Both the position numbers and the translations under genes were made by a program. The notes under the pieces were generated by a model that did no database searches, was not told the origin of the DNA, and saw only the letters and a list, made by a program, of their open reading frames with translations. From NCBI GenBank assembly GCA_050287085.1, contig JBNKBE010000002.1, positions 1 through 64,000 of the forward strand: DNA of 64,000 nucleotides, written 5' to 3'. Position 1 is the stretch's first letter. The number at the start of each line of letters is the position of its first letter. Shown here in pieces: positions 19,327-30,422 of this stretch. Origin of the DNA: Polyangiaceae bacterium (GTDB lineage Bacteria; Myxococcota_A; Polyangia; Polyangiales; Polyangiaceae).

Positions 19327-21336
19327 TCAGCGCGAGCGCTGGGGCCGTGGCCTGCGCTGAGCTTCCTTGCGGACAGTGCGCGATGCGGTGGGGGGCAACT
19401 TGGGAACTTCCTTCGTTAGCCGAGCCGGACCTCGGCGCGGGCCTTCCGGCGCGGTCGCGCCGTAGGCGGGCGGAATGAGGCAGTGCGCTCGGCGCCCGAT
19501 TAGATCACTTCGTCCGGCCACACGAAGGGCTTCTCGCGCCAGGGGCCAATGAGCCTTGTCCCAGTAGAAGACGAGGGCCTTCATCATGCGCTTGTCGCGT
19601 GCCTTTCGGGCGCAGGGCACGGCCTTGAGCGTTTCGGGGTCCAGGCCTGTGACGAACATACACGTCGCCATCGACATAGGGGTGGGGATGAAGTCTTGTA
19701 CTTGGCGCGGCCGCATGTTGTGACGTTTGAGGTATAGGGCGAGCTCGATGGTGTCTTCCAAGGTCGACCCTGGGTGCCCCGTGATCAAGTACGGGATCAG
19801 AAACTGCTGCTTGCCGGCTCTTGCGCTGGCACTACGAAACTGTTCCGCGAAGCGTTCGTAGCTGGCGATCGCTGGCTTCTTCATCTTGTCCAGCACTCGT
19901 TCGTTGCAGTGTTCTGGGGCTACGCTGACGTTTCCGCCGGTGTGATGGGTTGCGAGTTCGGTGATGAACTCCGGGCTGCGCTCGGCCAGATCGTAGCGTA
20001 CGCCCGATGCGATGAAGGCCCGCTTAACGCCGGCTTCTTTTCTGACGCTTTGCATCAGATCGATCAGCGGGCTATGATCGGTTTCGAGATTGCCACACAC
20101 CTTGGGATGCACGCACGAGAGTCGTCTGCACGCCGTCTCGATCTTCGGGTCTTTGCACTTCATCTGATACATATTGGCGGTCGGGCCCCCCAGATCCGAC
20201 ACTACGCCCTTGAAGTCGGGCATGCGGCGCAGTGCTCGAATTTCCTGCAATACGCTTTGTTTCGACCGGCTTTGGATTACCCGTCCCTCGTGTTCGGTGA
20301 TGCTGCAAAATGAGCAGCCCCCGAAGCAGCCTCGCATGGTAACGATTGAGTGCTTCACGGTTTCGAACGCCGGGATGCCCTCCGTGTAGCTCGGGTGAGG
20401 TGCTCGGAGAAAGGGAAGGGCGTACAGCTCGTCCATGAGCGCCTCCTCCAGTGGGAGCGCGGGCGGGTTGAAGTACACGCCCTCCTGGCCGTGCATTTGT
20501 AGCAGCGGCCGACCGTTGCCGGGGTTGGTCTCCTTCTGAAAGGCGCCGCTCATACGGGCGAAGGCTTCTTTCTCGGCGGTGACTTCCTCGAAAGACGGCA
20601 GGACAACGACTTTGCCGTCGGTGGTGAATCGACTTGCGTCTTGTCGCCAGGCGGCGAGCACTTTGGGCTCTCGTTCGACGAAAGCCGTCCCCCGAATATC
20701 ACGGATACGGGCGATTGGCTCCCCTCGCGCGAGACGCTCCGCGAGTTCCCATACCGGTCGTTCCCCCATGCCGAAGATCAGCAGATCCGCTTTGCTATCT
20801 AGCAGGATCGAGCGACGAATGTTGTCCGACCAGTAGTCGTAGTGGGCGATGCGGCGGAGTGACGCTTCGATGCCGCCCAGAACGATAGGTACGTCGCCAA
20901 AAGCTTGTCGGCATAGGTTGGCGTAGACGATGCTCGCGCGATTGGGGCGCCTTCCGGTACTCCCGCCCGGGCTGTACTGATCTTCGGCTCGTGTCTTCCG
21001 TTGAGCCGTCAGCTTGTTGAGCATTGAGTCGAGATTGCCGGCGCTCACGCCTACGAAGAGGCGCGGCTTTCCCATCGCGAGCAGCGACTGGGGGTCGCGC
21101 CAATCAGGTTGCGCAATGAAACCAACGCGGTAGCCGCGCGCTTCGAGGAAGCGCGCGATGAGGACGGGGCCAAAGGCAGGGTGATCGACATAGGCGTCTC
21201 CGCTGACGATCAAGATGTCGATATGGTCCCAACCGCGAGCTCGCATTTCGGCGGCGTTCGTCGGAAGCCACTCGGTTTCGGAGGAGGCGAGAGGCAGGCG
21301 TCGTTTGACCGAGCGCGGGTTCGAGGGGGCAGGCAT
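19327..21336 (-). CDS. YgiQ/UPF0313 family radical SAM protein
   Basis: [37 protein letters not shown] and [10 protein letters not shown]. Confidence 0.95.
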   Translation of the reverse strand: MPAPSNPRSVKRRLPLASSETEWLPTNAAEMRARGWDHIDILIVSGDAYVDHPAFGPVLIARFLEARGYRVGFIAQPDWRDPQSLLAMGKPRLFVGVSAGNLDSMLNKLTAQRKTRAEDQYSPGGSTGRRPNRASIVYANLCRQAFGDVPIVLGGIEASLRRIAHYDYWSDNIRRSILLDSKADLLIFGMGERPVWELAERLARGEPIARIRDIRGTAFVEREPKVLAAWRQDASRFTTDGKVVVLPSFEEVTAEKEAFARMSGAFQKETNPGNGRPLLQMHGQEGVYFNPPALPLEEALMDELYALPFLRAPHPSYTEGIPAFETVKHSIVTMRGCFGGCSFCSITEHEGRVIQSRSKQSVLQEIRALRRMPDFKGVVSDLGGPTANMYQMKCKDPKIETACRRLSCVHPKVCGNLETDHSPLIDLMQSVRKEAGVKRAFIASGVRYDLAERSPEFITELATHHTGGNVSVAPEHCNERVLDKMKKPAIASYERFAEQFRSASARAGKQQFLIPYLITGHPGSTLEDTIELALYLKRHNMRPRQVQDFIPTPMSMATCMFVTGLDPETLKAVPCARKARDKRMMKALVFYWDKAHWPLAREALRVAGRSDLIGRRAHCLIPPAYGATAPEGPRRGPARLTKEVPKLPPTASRTVRKEAQRRPRPQRSR

Positions 21337-21548
21337 CGCTGTGTTATCGGGGGCTGGACTTTGCGTCGTCAAGCGCTCGCGTCGCGGGACGCCCCGAATT
21401 GGGCTTCGCGCAACGGCTAGCGTGCTGGGACGCCCTCGACCGGGGCGGGGCGAAGGCTGCTTTCCGTTCCGAGTGATGGGCCTTGCAGCGGGTTCGTCAC
21501 GCCTCGGCGGGGGTTGCGCCGGGCCAAGGGAGAGCGTATCGAGGGCCG

Positions 21549-23495
21549 ATGATTCAGCTCTCGGCATTGGGCAAGTCTTTCGGCGCACGCACGTTGTTTT
21601 CCGATGTCTCGCTGAAACTCAACCCGGGGCGTCGCTACGGCTTGGTGGGGGCCAATGGCGCGGGCAAAACGACTTTTCTCAAGATGTTGATGGGCGACGA
21701 ACCCGCTTCCGATGGCACCATAGTGTTGCCGAAAGGCACGCGACTAGGCGTACTGCGACAGGACCTCTTCGTCGACGACCGAGAACGTATCATCGACGTG
21801 TGCATGGCGGGCGATGATGTGGTGTTTCGAGCACTGCGAGCTCTGGAATCCGATTCTCTACCTCCAGAGGAGGTGGCTCGGTGTGAAGAGGTCGTGTCTC
21901 ATCGCGATGGCTACACGTTGCAAGCTCGCGCTAGTGCGGTGTTGGTTGGGTTGGGGCTGCGGACGTCGCAGATCGAGCAACCCCTGGGCACGTTGTCGGG
22001 TGGCTTCAAGTTGCGTGTTCTTCTTGCCCAAGTGCTGGTGGGAAAGCCGGAGGTGCTCCTACTCGACGAGCCGACGAACCATCTCGACATTCTCTCCATC
22101 CACTGGTTGGAGGAGTTCCTCCGCGGCTACGAAGGCTGCGCGGTGGTGATTTCTCACGACCAGCACTTCTTGAATGCCGTGGCGACGGACATGTTGGATG
22201 TCGACTACGGTACCATCACCGAGTACTCGGGCAACTACGACGCATTCGTGCGGCTCAAAGAGCAGACTCGGGTGCAAAAAGAGGCCGAAGTCGCGCGACT
22301 GGAGCGGATCGTCGCGGAGAAACGAGCCTTCGTCGAGCGTTTCAAAGCCAAAGCAACCAAAGCGCGACAAGCTCAGAGTCGCGTCAAGCAGATCGAAAAG
22401 ATCGAGATTGAGGAGCTTCCACAGACCAGTCGACAGGAGCCGCACTTTCGATTTGAAGCGAAGCGCAAGAGCGGTCGAGAGGTATTGACGGCAGAAGGTA
22501 TCGCGAAAGCCTACGGCGAAACCACGGTGCTTGCCAATGCAAACCTGGCCGTCTGGCGTGGCGAGCGCGTGGGGATCATCGGCAAGAACGGGCTCGGAAA
22601 GTCAACGTTGCTCAAGATTCTGGTCGAGCGTTTGTCCCCGGACGCTGGCAGTGTGGCCTGGGGCCACGAAGTGTCCGTTGGGTACTTCGCTCAGAACCAC
22701 CATGATCTTCTGAACGATCCGAACCATTCGCCGCTTTCCTATGCTTGGGAGGCCCAGCCCAGCGAGGGCACTGCGTTCATTCGCGGGGCCCTTGGGCGGA
22801 TGTTGTTCTCTGGGGACGACGTCGAAAAGAAGGTTCCCAGTTTGAGCGGTGGGGAGGCGGCTAGACTCATCTTCTGTCGTTTGATGCTTGAACAGCCGAA
22901 TACGCTCGTGCTCGACGAGCCCACGAATCATCTCGACCTCGAAGCGATCACAGCGCTGGTTACTGCACTTCAGCGTTTCGACGGAACGGTCCTATTCGTT
23001 TCGCATGATCGTCACTTCGTTTCGGCTCTGGCAACTCGCATCATCGAGGTTACCGAAGAGGGGCTTAGCGATCATCCAGGGACCTACGAGGAGTACCTGC
23101 TCCGGAAGAACGCAGACCACCTCGATCAGGCGGCGGCCGTGCAAGCGGCCCGAGATGAACGCAAAGCCGTCAGTCGAGATGCGGCCAACGGCGCGGTGAC
23201 GGAACCCGGCGCCCTGTCGTGGGAAGAGCGTAAGCGTTTGAAGAATCGCATGAAGGCTTTGCCCCGCAAGCTGGATGAGCTGCTAGCCGCTATCGACGAG
23301 CAGGAGCGTGCGCTAGCGGAGCTCCAGGCCCGCTACGCGGAGCCCGGCTTCTTCGAGCGGACAAGCGCTGAAGAGCTATCTTCATGCCAAGCGACAGAGG
23401 GGCGCCTGCAGGAGCGCATTGGACAACTCAGTTCCGAGTGGGAGGCTACGGAAAACGAGCTCGAGTCGCTGCAGGCGCTCGGACTTGAGCTCTAG
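21549..23495 (+). CDS. ABC-F family ATPase
   Basis: Two NBDs ([28 protein letters not shown] x2), no TM segments, and a C-terminal coiled coil. Confidence 0.95.
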   Translation: MIQLSALGKSFGARTLFSDVSLKLNPGRRYGLVGANGAGKTTFLKMLMGDEPASDGTIVLPKGTRLGVLRQDLFVDDRERIIDVCMAGDDVVFRALRALESDSLPPEEVARCEEVVSHRDGYTLQARASAVLVGLGLRTSQIEQPLGTLSGGFKLRVLLAQVLVGKPEVLLLDEPTNHLDILSIHWLEEFLRGYEGCAVVISHDQHFLNAVATDMLDVDYGTITEYSGNYDAFVRLKEQTRVQKEAEVARLERIVAEKRAFVERFKAKATKARQAQSRVKQIEKIEIEELPQTSRQEPHFRFEAKRKSGREVLTAEGIAKAYGETTVLANANLAVWRGERVGIIGKNGLGKSTLLKILVERLSPDAGSVAWGHEVSVGYFAQNHHDLLNDPNHSPLSYAWEAQPSEGTAFIRGALGRMLFSGDDVEKKVPSLSGGEAARLIFCRLMLEQPNTLVLDEPTNHLDLEAITALVTALQRFDGTVLFVSHDRHFVSALATRIIEVTEEGLSDHPGTYEEYLLRKNADHLDQAAAVQAARDERKAVSRDAANGAVTEPGALSWEERKRLKNRMKALPRKLDELLAAIDEQERALAELQARYAEPGFFERTSAEELSSCQATEGRLQERIGQLSSEWEATENELESLQALGLEL

Positions 23496-24382
23496 AATTG
23501 GCGAGCGGTTTCGAGCAATGTGGCCACGTAGCTTCGGCCAAATAGATTGACGTGGACGAGCAGTGGGTAGAGGGCGAGCGCGGCGAGTCGTTCGCTTCTA
23601 ACTGGGCTTGGCGGGCGCAATTCGTCGTAGGCGGCGAAGGTGCGAGCTCCAAAGCCGCCGAACAGTCTCATCATGGACAGATCGACCTCGCCGATGCCCC
23701 AATAGCAAGCTGGGTCGATCAGCCATGGAGCGCCGTCGGAACCAGCCAGCACGTTACCCGACCACAGATCGCCATGGACTCGTGAAGGCGTTTCGTTGGG
23801 CAGGAAGTGCTGCTCTAGGCGTAGTAATGCCGTATCGAGCATCCGACGTTCGCGTTGCGTCAGCGCATTGCGGGCTGTGGCCAGCTCCAATTGTGGGAGC
23901 AAGCGTCGCTCGCGCCAGAACTCGAGCCAATTGCTGCTGGGTGAGTTGTCCTGCAACAGCGAACCAATGAAGTTGTTCTGGTGCCATCCGTAACTGGAGC
24001 ATGCCGTGAGGGGCAGCTGGTGTAGCCGCGCCAGGCTGCGCCCGAGCGCTTCCTCGTGGCGTGCGCTGGGCGGGCCTTGAGCTACGAACTCGAGCAACAG
24101 AAAGGGCGTTTCGTGCTTCCCGCAAACGCCCAATACGGGCGGCACCTGCACCGATCGCCCCTCGGCTAGCCATGCAAGGCCCGCAGCTTCCGCCCGAAAC
24201 GCGGCGCCGAGCCCCGGTCCAGTCTTGAGAAAGAAAGTGCTGCCGTTGTCAACGGTGAGCTGGAATGCTTGGGCGATATCTCCGCCCGTGAGGGACCTAG
24301 CCTGCGTAACACGGGCCCCCAGGCGGGTTTCCAGGGCGGTCAGCAGAGAGCGATCGGCGAGCGCGAGCGAGGAGCTGCTCAT
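23492..24382 (-). CDS. Fructosamine/ketosamine kinase family protein
   Basis: GGDI, AEAAGL, HGDLWSGN, IDPA and HVNLFG. Confidence 0.92.
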   Translation of the reverse strand: MSSSSLALADRSLLTALETRLGARVTQARSLTGGDIAQAFQLTVDNGSTFFLKTGPGLGAAFRAEAAGLAWLAEGRSVQVPPVLGVCGKHETPFLLLEFVAQGPPSARHEEALGRSLARLHQLPLTACSSYGWHQNNFIGSLLQDNSPSSNWLEFWRERRLLPQLELATARNALTQRERRMLDTALLRLEQHFLPNETPSRVHGDLWSGNVLAGSDGAPWLIDPACYWGIGEVDLSMMRLFGGFGARTFAAYDELRPPSPVRSERLAALALYPLLVHVNLFGRSYVATLLETARQF

Positions 24383-24876
24383 GACGATGCGAGCACATGC
24401 TCAAGAAAGCCGTCACACGCGGCTTCACAGAGGTCGAGCACGCGCTCGAAGCCGTGCTTGCCTCCGTAATACGGATCTGGGACTTCTGCACCAGGCGGCG
24501 AGGCCGGGTCGAAGTCTCGCAGGAGTGATATTTGGGCGCGTGGGTGTTTAGCTAAGGTCTGCAGTCTCTTGAGATCGGTTAGGTTGTTGACGTCCATGGC
24601 GAGGATGAAATCGAAGGAGTCAAAGTCATCGGCACGCACTTCGCGCGCGCGGCTCTGCATGGCGTAGCCACGTCCGCTTGCCGCGCGTGTTGCGCGCGGA
24701 TCGGGCCTTTCGCCCACGTGTGCGGAGGAGGTCCCCGCGCTGTCGATCGTGAAGCGATGCGCCAGTCCGCGCGCCTGAACCCGGCTCGCGAAGACGGCCT
24801 CTGCGCTTGGCGAGCGGCAAATGTTGCCGAGGCAGACGAAACAGACGCTGATCGGGGGTTCCTGCGTGGAGCTCAT
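24379..24876 (-). CDS. Low molecular weight protein-tyrosine phosphatase
   Basis: FVCLGNICRS P-loop, DSAGT and VPDPYYG; ATGA overlap with the kinase gene. Confidence 0.95.
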   Translation of the reverse strand: MSSTQEPPISVCFVCLGNICRSPSAEAVFASRVQARGLAHRFTIDSAGTSSAHVGERPDPRATRAASGRGYAMQSRAREVRADDFDSFDFILAMDVNNLTDLKRLQTLAKHPRAQISLLRDFDPASPPGAEVPDPYYGGKHGFERVLDLCEAACDGFLEHVLASS

Positions 24877-25192
24877 CGGGGCATTGTACTGGCCTCGCGC
24901 CGTCAACTGAAGAGTGGCGCTCGGCCTCTCAGTCTCGATCGGAGAAGGGGAACGATTGCTCGCTCCTGCGGTTTCGGTTTCGGCCGGTGGGGAGCTCTTC
25001 GGTTTCCGTCGCTCAGGCTCCTGCCGCCGCCCCTCCGAATCTCCGCCCGTGGCTCGTGGGGCGGCGCCGGATTTGCGACCTGCTCAGAATCTTTTTCGAG
25101 AGCCTGGGGATGGGTGTTCCGCTGTGCGCGTCCGGCGTCGCGTCACGGCCGCGAACGTTGCGTCCGAGAACGAGCTGTCGCAGTCTGGGGTC

Positions 25193-26155
25193 GTGTTTCG
25201 AGTCTGGAAATGGCCGCGCTTGGGTGCGAGCGCAACCGCGATGGTTCTTGGCGCCGCGACTCTTTCGGGCACCTGGCGCCTTCCGGAAGGCGCTTCCAGC
25301 CAGCTTTCCCCGACACGAATCGAGGGCGCTTTTTGGGCGCTGCCGGTGGCGGATGCGCCCTTCAACGCGCCTAAGGTCCCGCAGCCCGCAGTGGTCGAAC
25401 TGACCCCTCCCAGCGTCGAAGCCTGGAATGCTGCGCTTCAGACGGGCGGGGCGGAACTCGGTGCTGTGTCTTTTGGCGCAGCGAATCGGGGCGCCTTATT
25501 CAATGCAACTCGACTCGATGATGGCCCTTTTTGGCACGTGGTGGACCCGCATACCGCCTTTGGCACAGCCGAGACTGTGCGTGCGATCGAAGCGGCAGTG
25601 TCTGAGGTCAATCGCCTGTACCCGGACTCCCCCGTTCTTTCCGTGGGCCATTTGAGTCGGGCTCAGGGCGGTTGGCTCAGGCCCCACCGCAGCCATCAGT
25701 CCGGGCGGGATGCTGATATCGGTCTGTACTACGTGGACGGAGCGGCTTGGTATCGGCGGGCGACGCCCGAAAGTCTAGACGTGCGCCGCACCTGGGCCCT
25801 GATCAGCTCCCTGCTGAAGGTCGCCCCCGTGCAGTACCTATTTCTCGCGCGCTCGCTGCACTCGGTTTTGCGCGCTGAAGCGGTGCGCATCGGAGAAGAC
25901 GCGGACTTCGTGCGAGACGTCTTCGATGGCGATGGGCCTCGGACTCGTCCGATATTGCGACATGCGCGGGGTCACCAAACACACCTACACGTTCGCTTCT
26001 TGAGCGCCGCGGCGACGGAGAATGCGCGTCGCGTTCAGAGCGCTCTCGGCCGCCTTGGGCGCAATCGCGGCAGTGCTCAACGCGTTCTCGTTCAGCGTCA
26101 GCGCCAAAGGGAAAAGGCGCAGAAAACACCGTCCAAGTTACACGCACGCCTCTGA
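25193..26155 (+). CDS. Penicillin-insensitive murein endopeptidase (MepA/M74-like)
   Basis: VGHLS..GG..HRSHQSGRDAD and HQTHLHVRF LAS-type Zn motifs. Start uncertain (24914-25241). Confidence 0.75.
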   Translation: MFRVWKWPRLGASATAMVLGAATLSGTWRLPEGASSQLSPTRIEGAFWALPVADAPFNAPKVPQPAVVELTPPSVEAWNAALQTGGAELGAVSFGAANRGALFNATRLDDGPFWHVVDPHTAFGTAETVRAIEAAVSEVNRLYPDSPVLSVGHLSRAQGGWLRPHRSHQSGRDADIGLYYVDGAAWYRRATPESLDVRRTWALISSLLKVAPVQYLFLARSLHSVLRAEAVRIGEDADFVRDVFDGDGPRTRPILRHARGHQTHLHVRFLSAAATENARRVQSALGRLGRNRGSAQRVLVQRQRQREKAQKTPSKLHARL

Positions 26156-26264
26156 CGCCCCGAGCTTGGGCCGAGGTCTGAGGGCTTGGTGGCGTTGCCA
26201 CGAGCGGCGCCGCTTTTTGACATCCGCTGCAGCGTGGATCTGATATGTCTTGGGGCCATACGCC

Positions 26265-27152
26265 ATGGTTTCCACACTTTTTGATCCAGCTTGTTGGGAC
26301 GAGGTCCCGGGTTTCGCCTTTAACGACATCACCTATCACCGCGCAAAAAGTCAGGGGACAGTACGCATCGCATTTGATCGCCCCGAGGTGCGCAATGCGT
26401 TTCGCCCGCAGACCGTGGACGAGCTGTATACCGCGCTGGATCATGCGCGTTGCACAAGCGATGTAGGCTGCGTGTTGCTCACCGGCAATGGTCCGTCACC
26501 CAAGGACGGTGGATGGGCCTTCTGCTCCGGGGGCGATCAGCGCATTCGTGGCAAAGACGGTTACCAATACACCGGGGGCGCGCCGGATGCAGCGCGCCTC
26601 GGTCGTCTACATATTCTCGAGGTGCAGCGTCTCATTCGCTTCATGCCCAAGATCGTCATCGCCGTCGTCCCCGGTTGGGCCGTTGGGGGAGGGCACAGCC
26701 TGCACGTCGTTTGCGATCTGACCCTGGCCAGCGAAGAGCACGCGATCTTCAAGCAAACCGATCCGGATGTGGCGAGCTTTGACAGTGGCTACGGCTCGGC
26801 GTTGTTGGCGCGTCAGGTCGGACAGAAGCGGGCGCGGGAGATCTTCTTTCTCGGAGAGAACTACAGCGCCAAAGATGCCTTCGACATGGGCATGGTCAAT
26901 CGCGTCATCCCCCATGCGGAGCTCGAGCGCGTAGCGCTCGACTGGGGCGCGACCATCAATTCCAAGAGCCCGACTGCGATGCGTATGCTGAAGTATGGTT
27001 TCAACCTTCCCGACGATGGGATGGTGGGACAGCAACTGTTTGCGGGCGAAGCGACCCGCTTGGCGTACGGTACGGAGGAGGCGCGGGAAGGGCGCGATCA
27101 CTTCGTCGAGAAGCGACCGCGCGATTTCTCACGCTTTCCATGGCACTATTGA
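26265..27152 (+). CDS. menB: 1,4-dihydroxy-2-naphthoyl-CoA synthase
   Basis: RPEVRNAFRP, AFCSGGDQ, GGGHSLH, SFDSGYG and EAREGRDHF. Confidence 0.95.
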   Translation: MVSTLFDPACWDEVPGFAFNDITYHRAKSQGTVRIAFDRPEVRNAFRPQTVDELYTALDHARCTSDVGCVLLTGNGPSPKDGGWAFCSGGDQRIRGKDGYQYTGGAPDAARLGRLHILEVQRLIRFMPKIVIAVVPGWAVGGGHSLHVVCDLTLASEEHAIFKQTDPDVASFDSGYGSALLARQVGQKRAREIFFLGENYSAKDAFDMGMVNRVIPHAELERVALDWGATINSKSPTAMRMLKYGFNLPDDGMVGQQLFAGEATRLAYGTEEAREGRDHFVEKRPRDFSRFPWHY

Positions 27153-28339
27153 GGGTTGACGGGGGCCGTCAACACTTCGATTTCGTCAGCACTCAGTCCT
27201 AAGAAGTAGAGGATTGAGTCGAGTTCGGTTGCGGTAATCTGGTGTATGGCTTGCCGTCGCACGACGGGCTTTGCGTGGTAGGCGATGCCGCGCCCGGCCA
27301 CCGCCAACATCGGCAGATCGTTGGCGCCATCTCCGACGGCGACAAGCTGGCTCGGCGGCGCCCCCAGCGTCGTTGCTAGTTCAGCCAATAGTGCCGCCTT
27401 GCGGGCGCCATTGACGATCGGACCCACGACACGCCCTGTGAGCTGTTGGTCGCTGATTTCGAGCTCGTTCGCATGGATTTCGTCCAGCCCCAGCAACGCT
27501 TGTACGTGCTTGGCAAAGTAGGTGAATCCGCCGCTTAGAATGGCTGTTCGTGCCCCCAGGACTTTGAGCACGGCGAGCAGCTTCGGTGCGCCAGCGCTGA
27601 TCGGCAGCCGCGCCGCGATACCGTCGAGGACCCGAGTGCTGAGGCCTCGCATCAAACCAAGCCGCTCTCGCAGGCTCTGATCGAAGTCCAACTCGCCGTT
27701 CATGGCGCGCTCGGTAATGGCAGCCACCGCCGGTTCGACTCCGTGCTCACGTGCGAGTTCGTTGATGACCTCGGTTTGAATCAAGGTCGAGTCCATGTCG
27801 AAAACCACGAGACGGGGTCTGCCGCGAAGCGCGTCGTCAGGCTGCAACATGGCGTCGCAGCCGGCGCTGGCTGCTTCAGACAGCAGCGCTTGGTTGAGGG
27901 AGAGCGGATCGGACAAGACACCTTCAAAGTGAAGGTCCAATGCCGTTGGTGCGGAGCTCGATAGAAGGCGGGTTGCCGTGAGCGAGAGGCCGCGTCGTCG
28001 GGCTTCAGCCACGGCACTGCTCGCTAGGGCTGACGTCACCTCCGGGCCGACCAGCGTATAGACCCAACGGGGGCTTTGCCCGGTGGATGCCGGTGCGGGA
28101 GGGGAGCAGGATAGGTGGGTGTGTCCCGCCCCGGCACTCTGGTGCTTGAACGCGGCGAGCTCCGCGGGGGTCAGCGCTACGGCACAACGAAACAGCAGCT
28201 CACCGAAAGAGCGGGATACCTCCACGTCCGCCATCTTGAGCCGAGCTGCCGGCAGGGCGGCCAGAAGCACCTCCGGGTGAAAGGTATCGAGCGGGCCTCG
28301 AGCGTCGACAATGGTCCGGGGGGGCAAGGTATCAGTCAT
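27146..28339 (-). CDS. serB: Phosphoserine phosphatase with ACT-like N-terminal region
   Basis: HAD motifs FDMDSTLI, ITERAMNGELDF, LSGGF and GDGANDL. Confidence 0.92.
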   Translation of the reverse strand: MTDTLPPRTIVDARGPLDTFHPEVLLAALPAARLKMADVEVSRSFGELLFRCAVALTPAELAAFKHQSAGAGHTHLSCSPPAPASTGQSPRWVYTLVGPEVTSALASSAVAEARRRGLSLTATRLLSSSAPTALDLHFEGVLSDPLSLNQALLSEAASAGCDAMLQPDDALRGRPRLVVFDMDSTLIQTEVINELAREHGVEPAVAAITERAMNGELDFDQSLRERLGLMRGLSTRVLDGIAARLPISAGAPKLLAVLKVLGARTAILSGGFTYFAKHVQALLGLDEIHANELEISDQQLTGRVVGPIVNGARKAALLAELATTLGAPPSQLVAVGDGANDLPMLAVAGRGIAYHAKPVVRRQAIHQITATELDSILYFLGLSADEIEVLTAPVNPQ

Positions 28340-28422
28340 GATCGCGGCCTGGTCTAGACGGCAGAGACATCAACTTCAACCGTTTGGGCGACGGCGAGAG
28401 CGTGCATGTGTAGACTCCGACC

Positions 28423-29217
28423 GTGCCGCGGAGCCAGAGACGACGAGTGTTGCTGCCAACGGGCGAGCTGCGACGCCTGCGCTTGCCGCCTGAGCCGCCC
28501 GAGCGCTCGCCCAAGAGGCGGTCCCACGGCTGGCTGTGGCTCGTCGCCGGGACGTGGCTGGTATTCTCATGGGGGCTCTTCGACGCGACCCGTCGGCTGC
28601 GTCCGAGCAGCACGGAGACGGGAGCGACCGCACCCGTTGAGAAGGAGCCTCTCGACCTGCGTGGGGGAACGCGCTGGCGGCCAGCACCCGCTCCGAGCGG
28701 GGCTCCCGATCCGAGGCCCATGGCGGCTGCGGTGCGGGCGCCGCGCTCAGCTGCGGAGCAGAGCCAGTCCCTGGGGGCTCATCGGCGTGAGCTGGCGACG
28801 ACCGCTGAGATTGCTGAACAGCAGCCGCCCACCCTGAGGACCGCAGGGGGGCACTACTCCGCCTCGGCGGAGGCGGGCACCGCACATTGGTTCGCGGCCG
28901 GGGGAAAGATTCAGGGCGCGTCCGGATGCGAGGCTGCTGTGAGTTTCTACCAGACCAAGACCCGTACTCTGGAGTCTGCGCCAGAGCTGGTGAGGTCGCT
29001 CGAACAGAAGGCGCGCTACCGCAATTGCCGCATCTTCCAACCGACCGCCCTCGCCCTATGCGCAACGTTGTTGGACGCTGACGTGGTTGGCGTAACGGTT
29101 CGCTCTGAACCTCCCGACCTCTACCTTGCTGGCTGCGTCGCCGCGGCCGTGTCTCGAATGCACTTCGCTCGCAATCGCGGATTGCGGCAAACGCGGACGG
29201 AGCTGTTCTGGAACTGA
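28423..29217 (+). CDS. Hypothetical single-TM protein
   Basis: TM segment WLWLVAGTWLVFSW; C-terminal Cys-containing domain (GVTV...CVAAAV..MHF) reminiscent of AgmX/PglI-C. Confidence 0.55.
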   Translation: MPRSQRRRVLLPTGELRRLRLPPEPPERSPKRRSHGWLWLVAGTWLVFSWGLFDATRRLRPSSTETGATAPVEKEPLDLRGGTRWRPAPAPSGAPDPRPMAAAVRAPRSAAEQSQSLGAHRRELATTAEIAEQQPPTLRTAGGHYSASAEAGTAHWFAAGGKIQGASGCEAAVSFYQTKTRTLESAPELVRSLEQKARYRNCRIFQPTALALCATLLDADVVGVTVRSEPPDLYLAGCVAAAVSRMHFARNRGLRQTRTELFWN

Positions 29218-29224
29218 CGCAGCG

Positions 29225-29962
29225 TCAGACGCCTACGAATAGTCGATGAGCGAAGTTGCGGTCGAGGCGCGCGTTGAGAATCTTCTGCGCCGACGTTTCG
29301 ATGTCGTAGGCGACGCGATGGAACTCGAATAGCTTAGCGTCTGAATCGAAGATCGTATAGCTCGCTCGGTTGTCGTAGTCGCGAGGCTGTCCGACGGAGC
29401 CGTCGCTCACGATGTACTTGAAGCCCGGTTGCAACACGAAGTCGATTGCGGGCAGCTCTTCGACCGAGTCCGGCGTTAGGCGGAATACCTTGCACAAGTG
29501 CGAGTGACCGATCACCGTCAGCGGGCGCAGGTCCTGATAGATGGCCAGACACTCTTCGGCCTGCTCCGGTGCGAAGATGTAGTCGAACGCTTCGAGTCGC
29601 GCGGGCGTACCATGGCAGAGGCCGACTCCGGCGTCGCCGATGTCCATCGCGTAGGGCAGTTGCTGCAGCCACGCCAGGTTCTCTTCCGAGAGCAATCGGC
29701 TATGGATGTCGAGCGCGCGCCGGGCAGCGTCGTAGTAGTAGTCGTAGTCCATGCGACCTGCCACGGCAGCATCGTGATTGCCGAGCACGCCCCCGCTGAC
29801 CAGCTGCCGCACGATGTCACAACACTCGTTGGGCGAGCCCCCATAGCCGACGGTGTCCCCCAAACAGTAGTAGCGGTCTATGGCGGCGCCCTCGTACTGC
29901 TTGAGTACCGATGTCAGTGCCTCGTAATTTCCGTGGACGTCGCTAAAGATTCCGAGGCGCAT
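29225..29962 (-). CDS. Calcineurin-like metallophosphoesterase
   Basis: DVHGN, GDTVG, GNHD, HG, GHSH and GSVGQPRD. Confidence 0.92.
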   Translation of the reverse strand: MRLGIFSDVHGNYEALTSVLKQYEGAAIDRYYCLGDTVGYGGSPNECCDIVRQLVSGGVLGNHDAAVAGRMDYDYYYDAARRALDIHSRLLSEENLAWLQQLPYAMDIGDAGVGLCHGTPARLEAFDYIFAPEQAEECLAIYQDLRPLTVIGHSHLCKVFRLTPDSVEELPAIDFVLQPGFKYIVSDGSVGQPRDYDNRASYTIFDSDAKLFEFHRVAYDIETSAQKILNARLDRNFAHRLFVGV

Positions 29963-30422
29963 TCGCGGGAGACCTAGAGTAGACCCTGTTCAGCCAGTTG
30001 CGTGGAGCCACTGGGGCAATAGGCCCTGCGGCGAGGCGCTGAGTCTAGTCGAAAGCGCCCTTCTGCGCTATGGCTCCCGTCAGCAAGCGTTCGGAAGTCG
30101 GCGTTGTGTTTGTTGATTTGACGGGCGAAGCCGAGCGGCCGGAGACGCGGGGAGGCCCATTTCTGAAGCCGGGGCCGAGCCAGGCGAGCTTGCTGACCGG
30201 GTTGGCGCTTGCCCGGTCTCGCAGGGCGGCCCGCAGGTCGATGGCGCTCCTTGGCCTGTGGGGCAGGCGCGTGCCGGTGCATGCGCGGAGCCCTGGGGCA
30301 AGGGAGGCTGCCTTTCTGGGGTCCACCCGCCCCAGACCTCCTCGGGCGCTTGGAGTCTGCATCTTGTTACGCTAGAGCACGGCGACTCCGTAGTAGTTGG
30401 ACAGGCGCCCAGGCGTCAGGCC

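Noticed and set aside
29963..30422. T-box or other leader RNA before glnS
   Set aside because: No T-box consensus (UGGNACC antiterminator bulge) or terminator was recognised.
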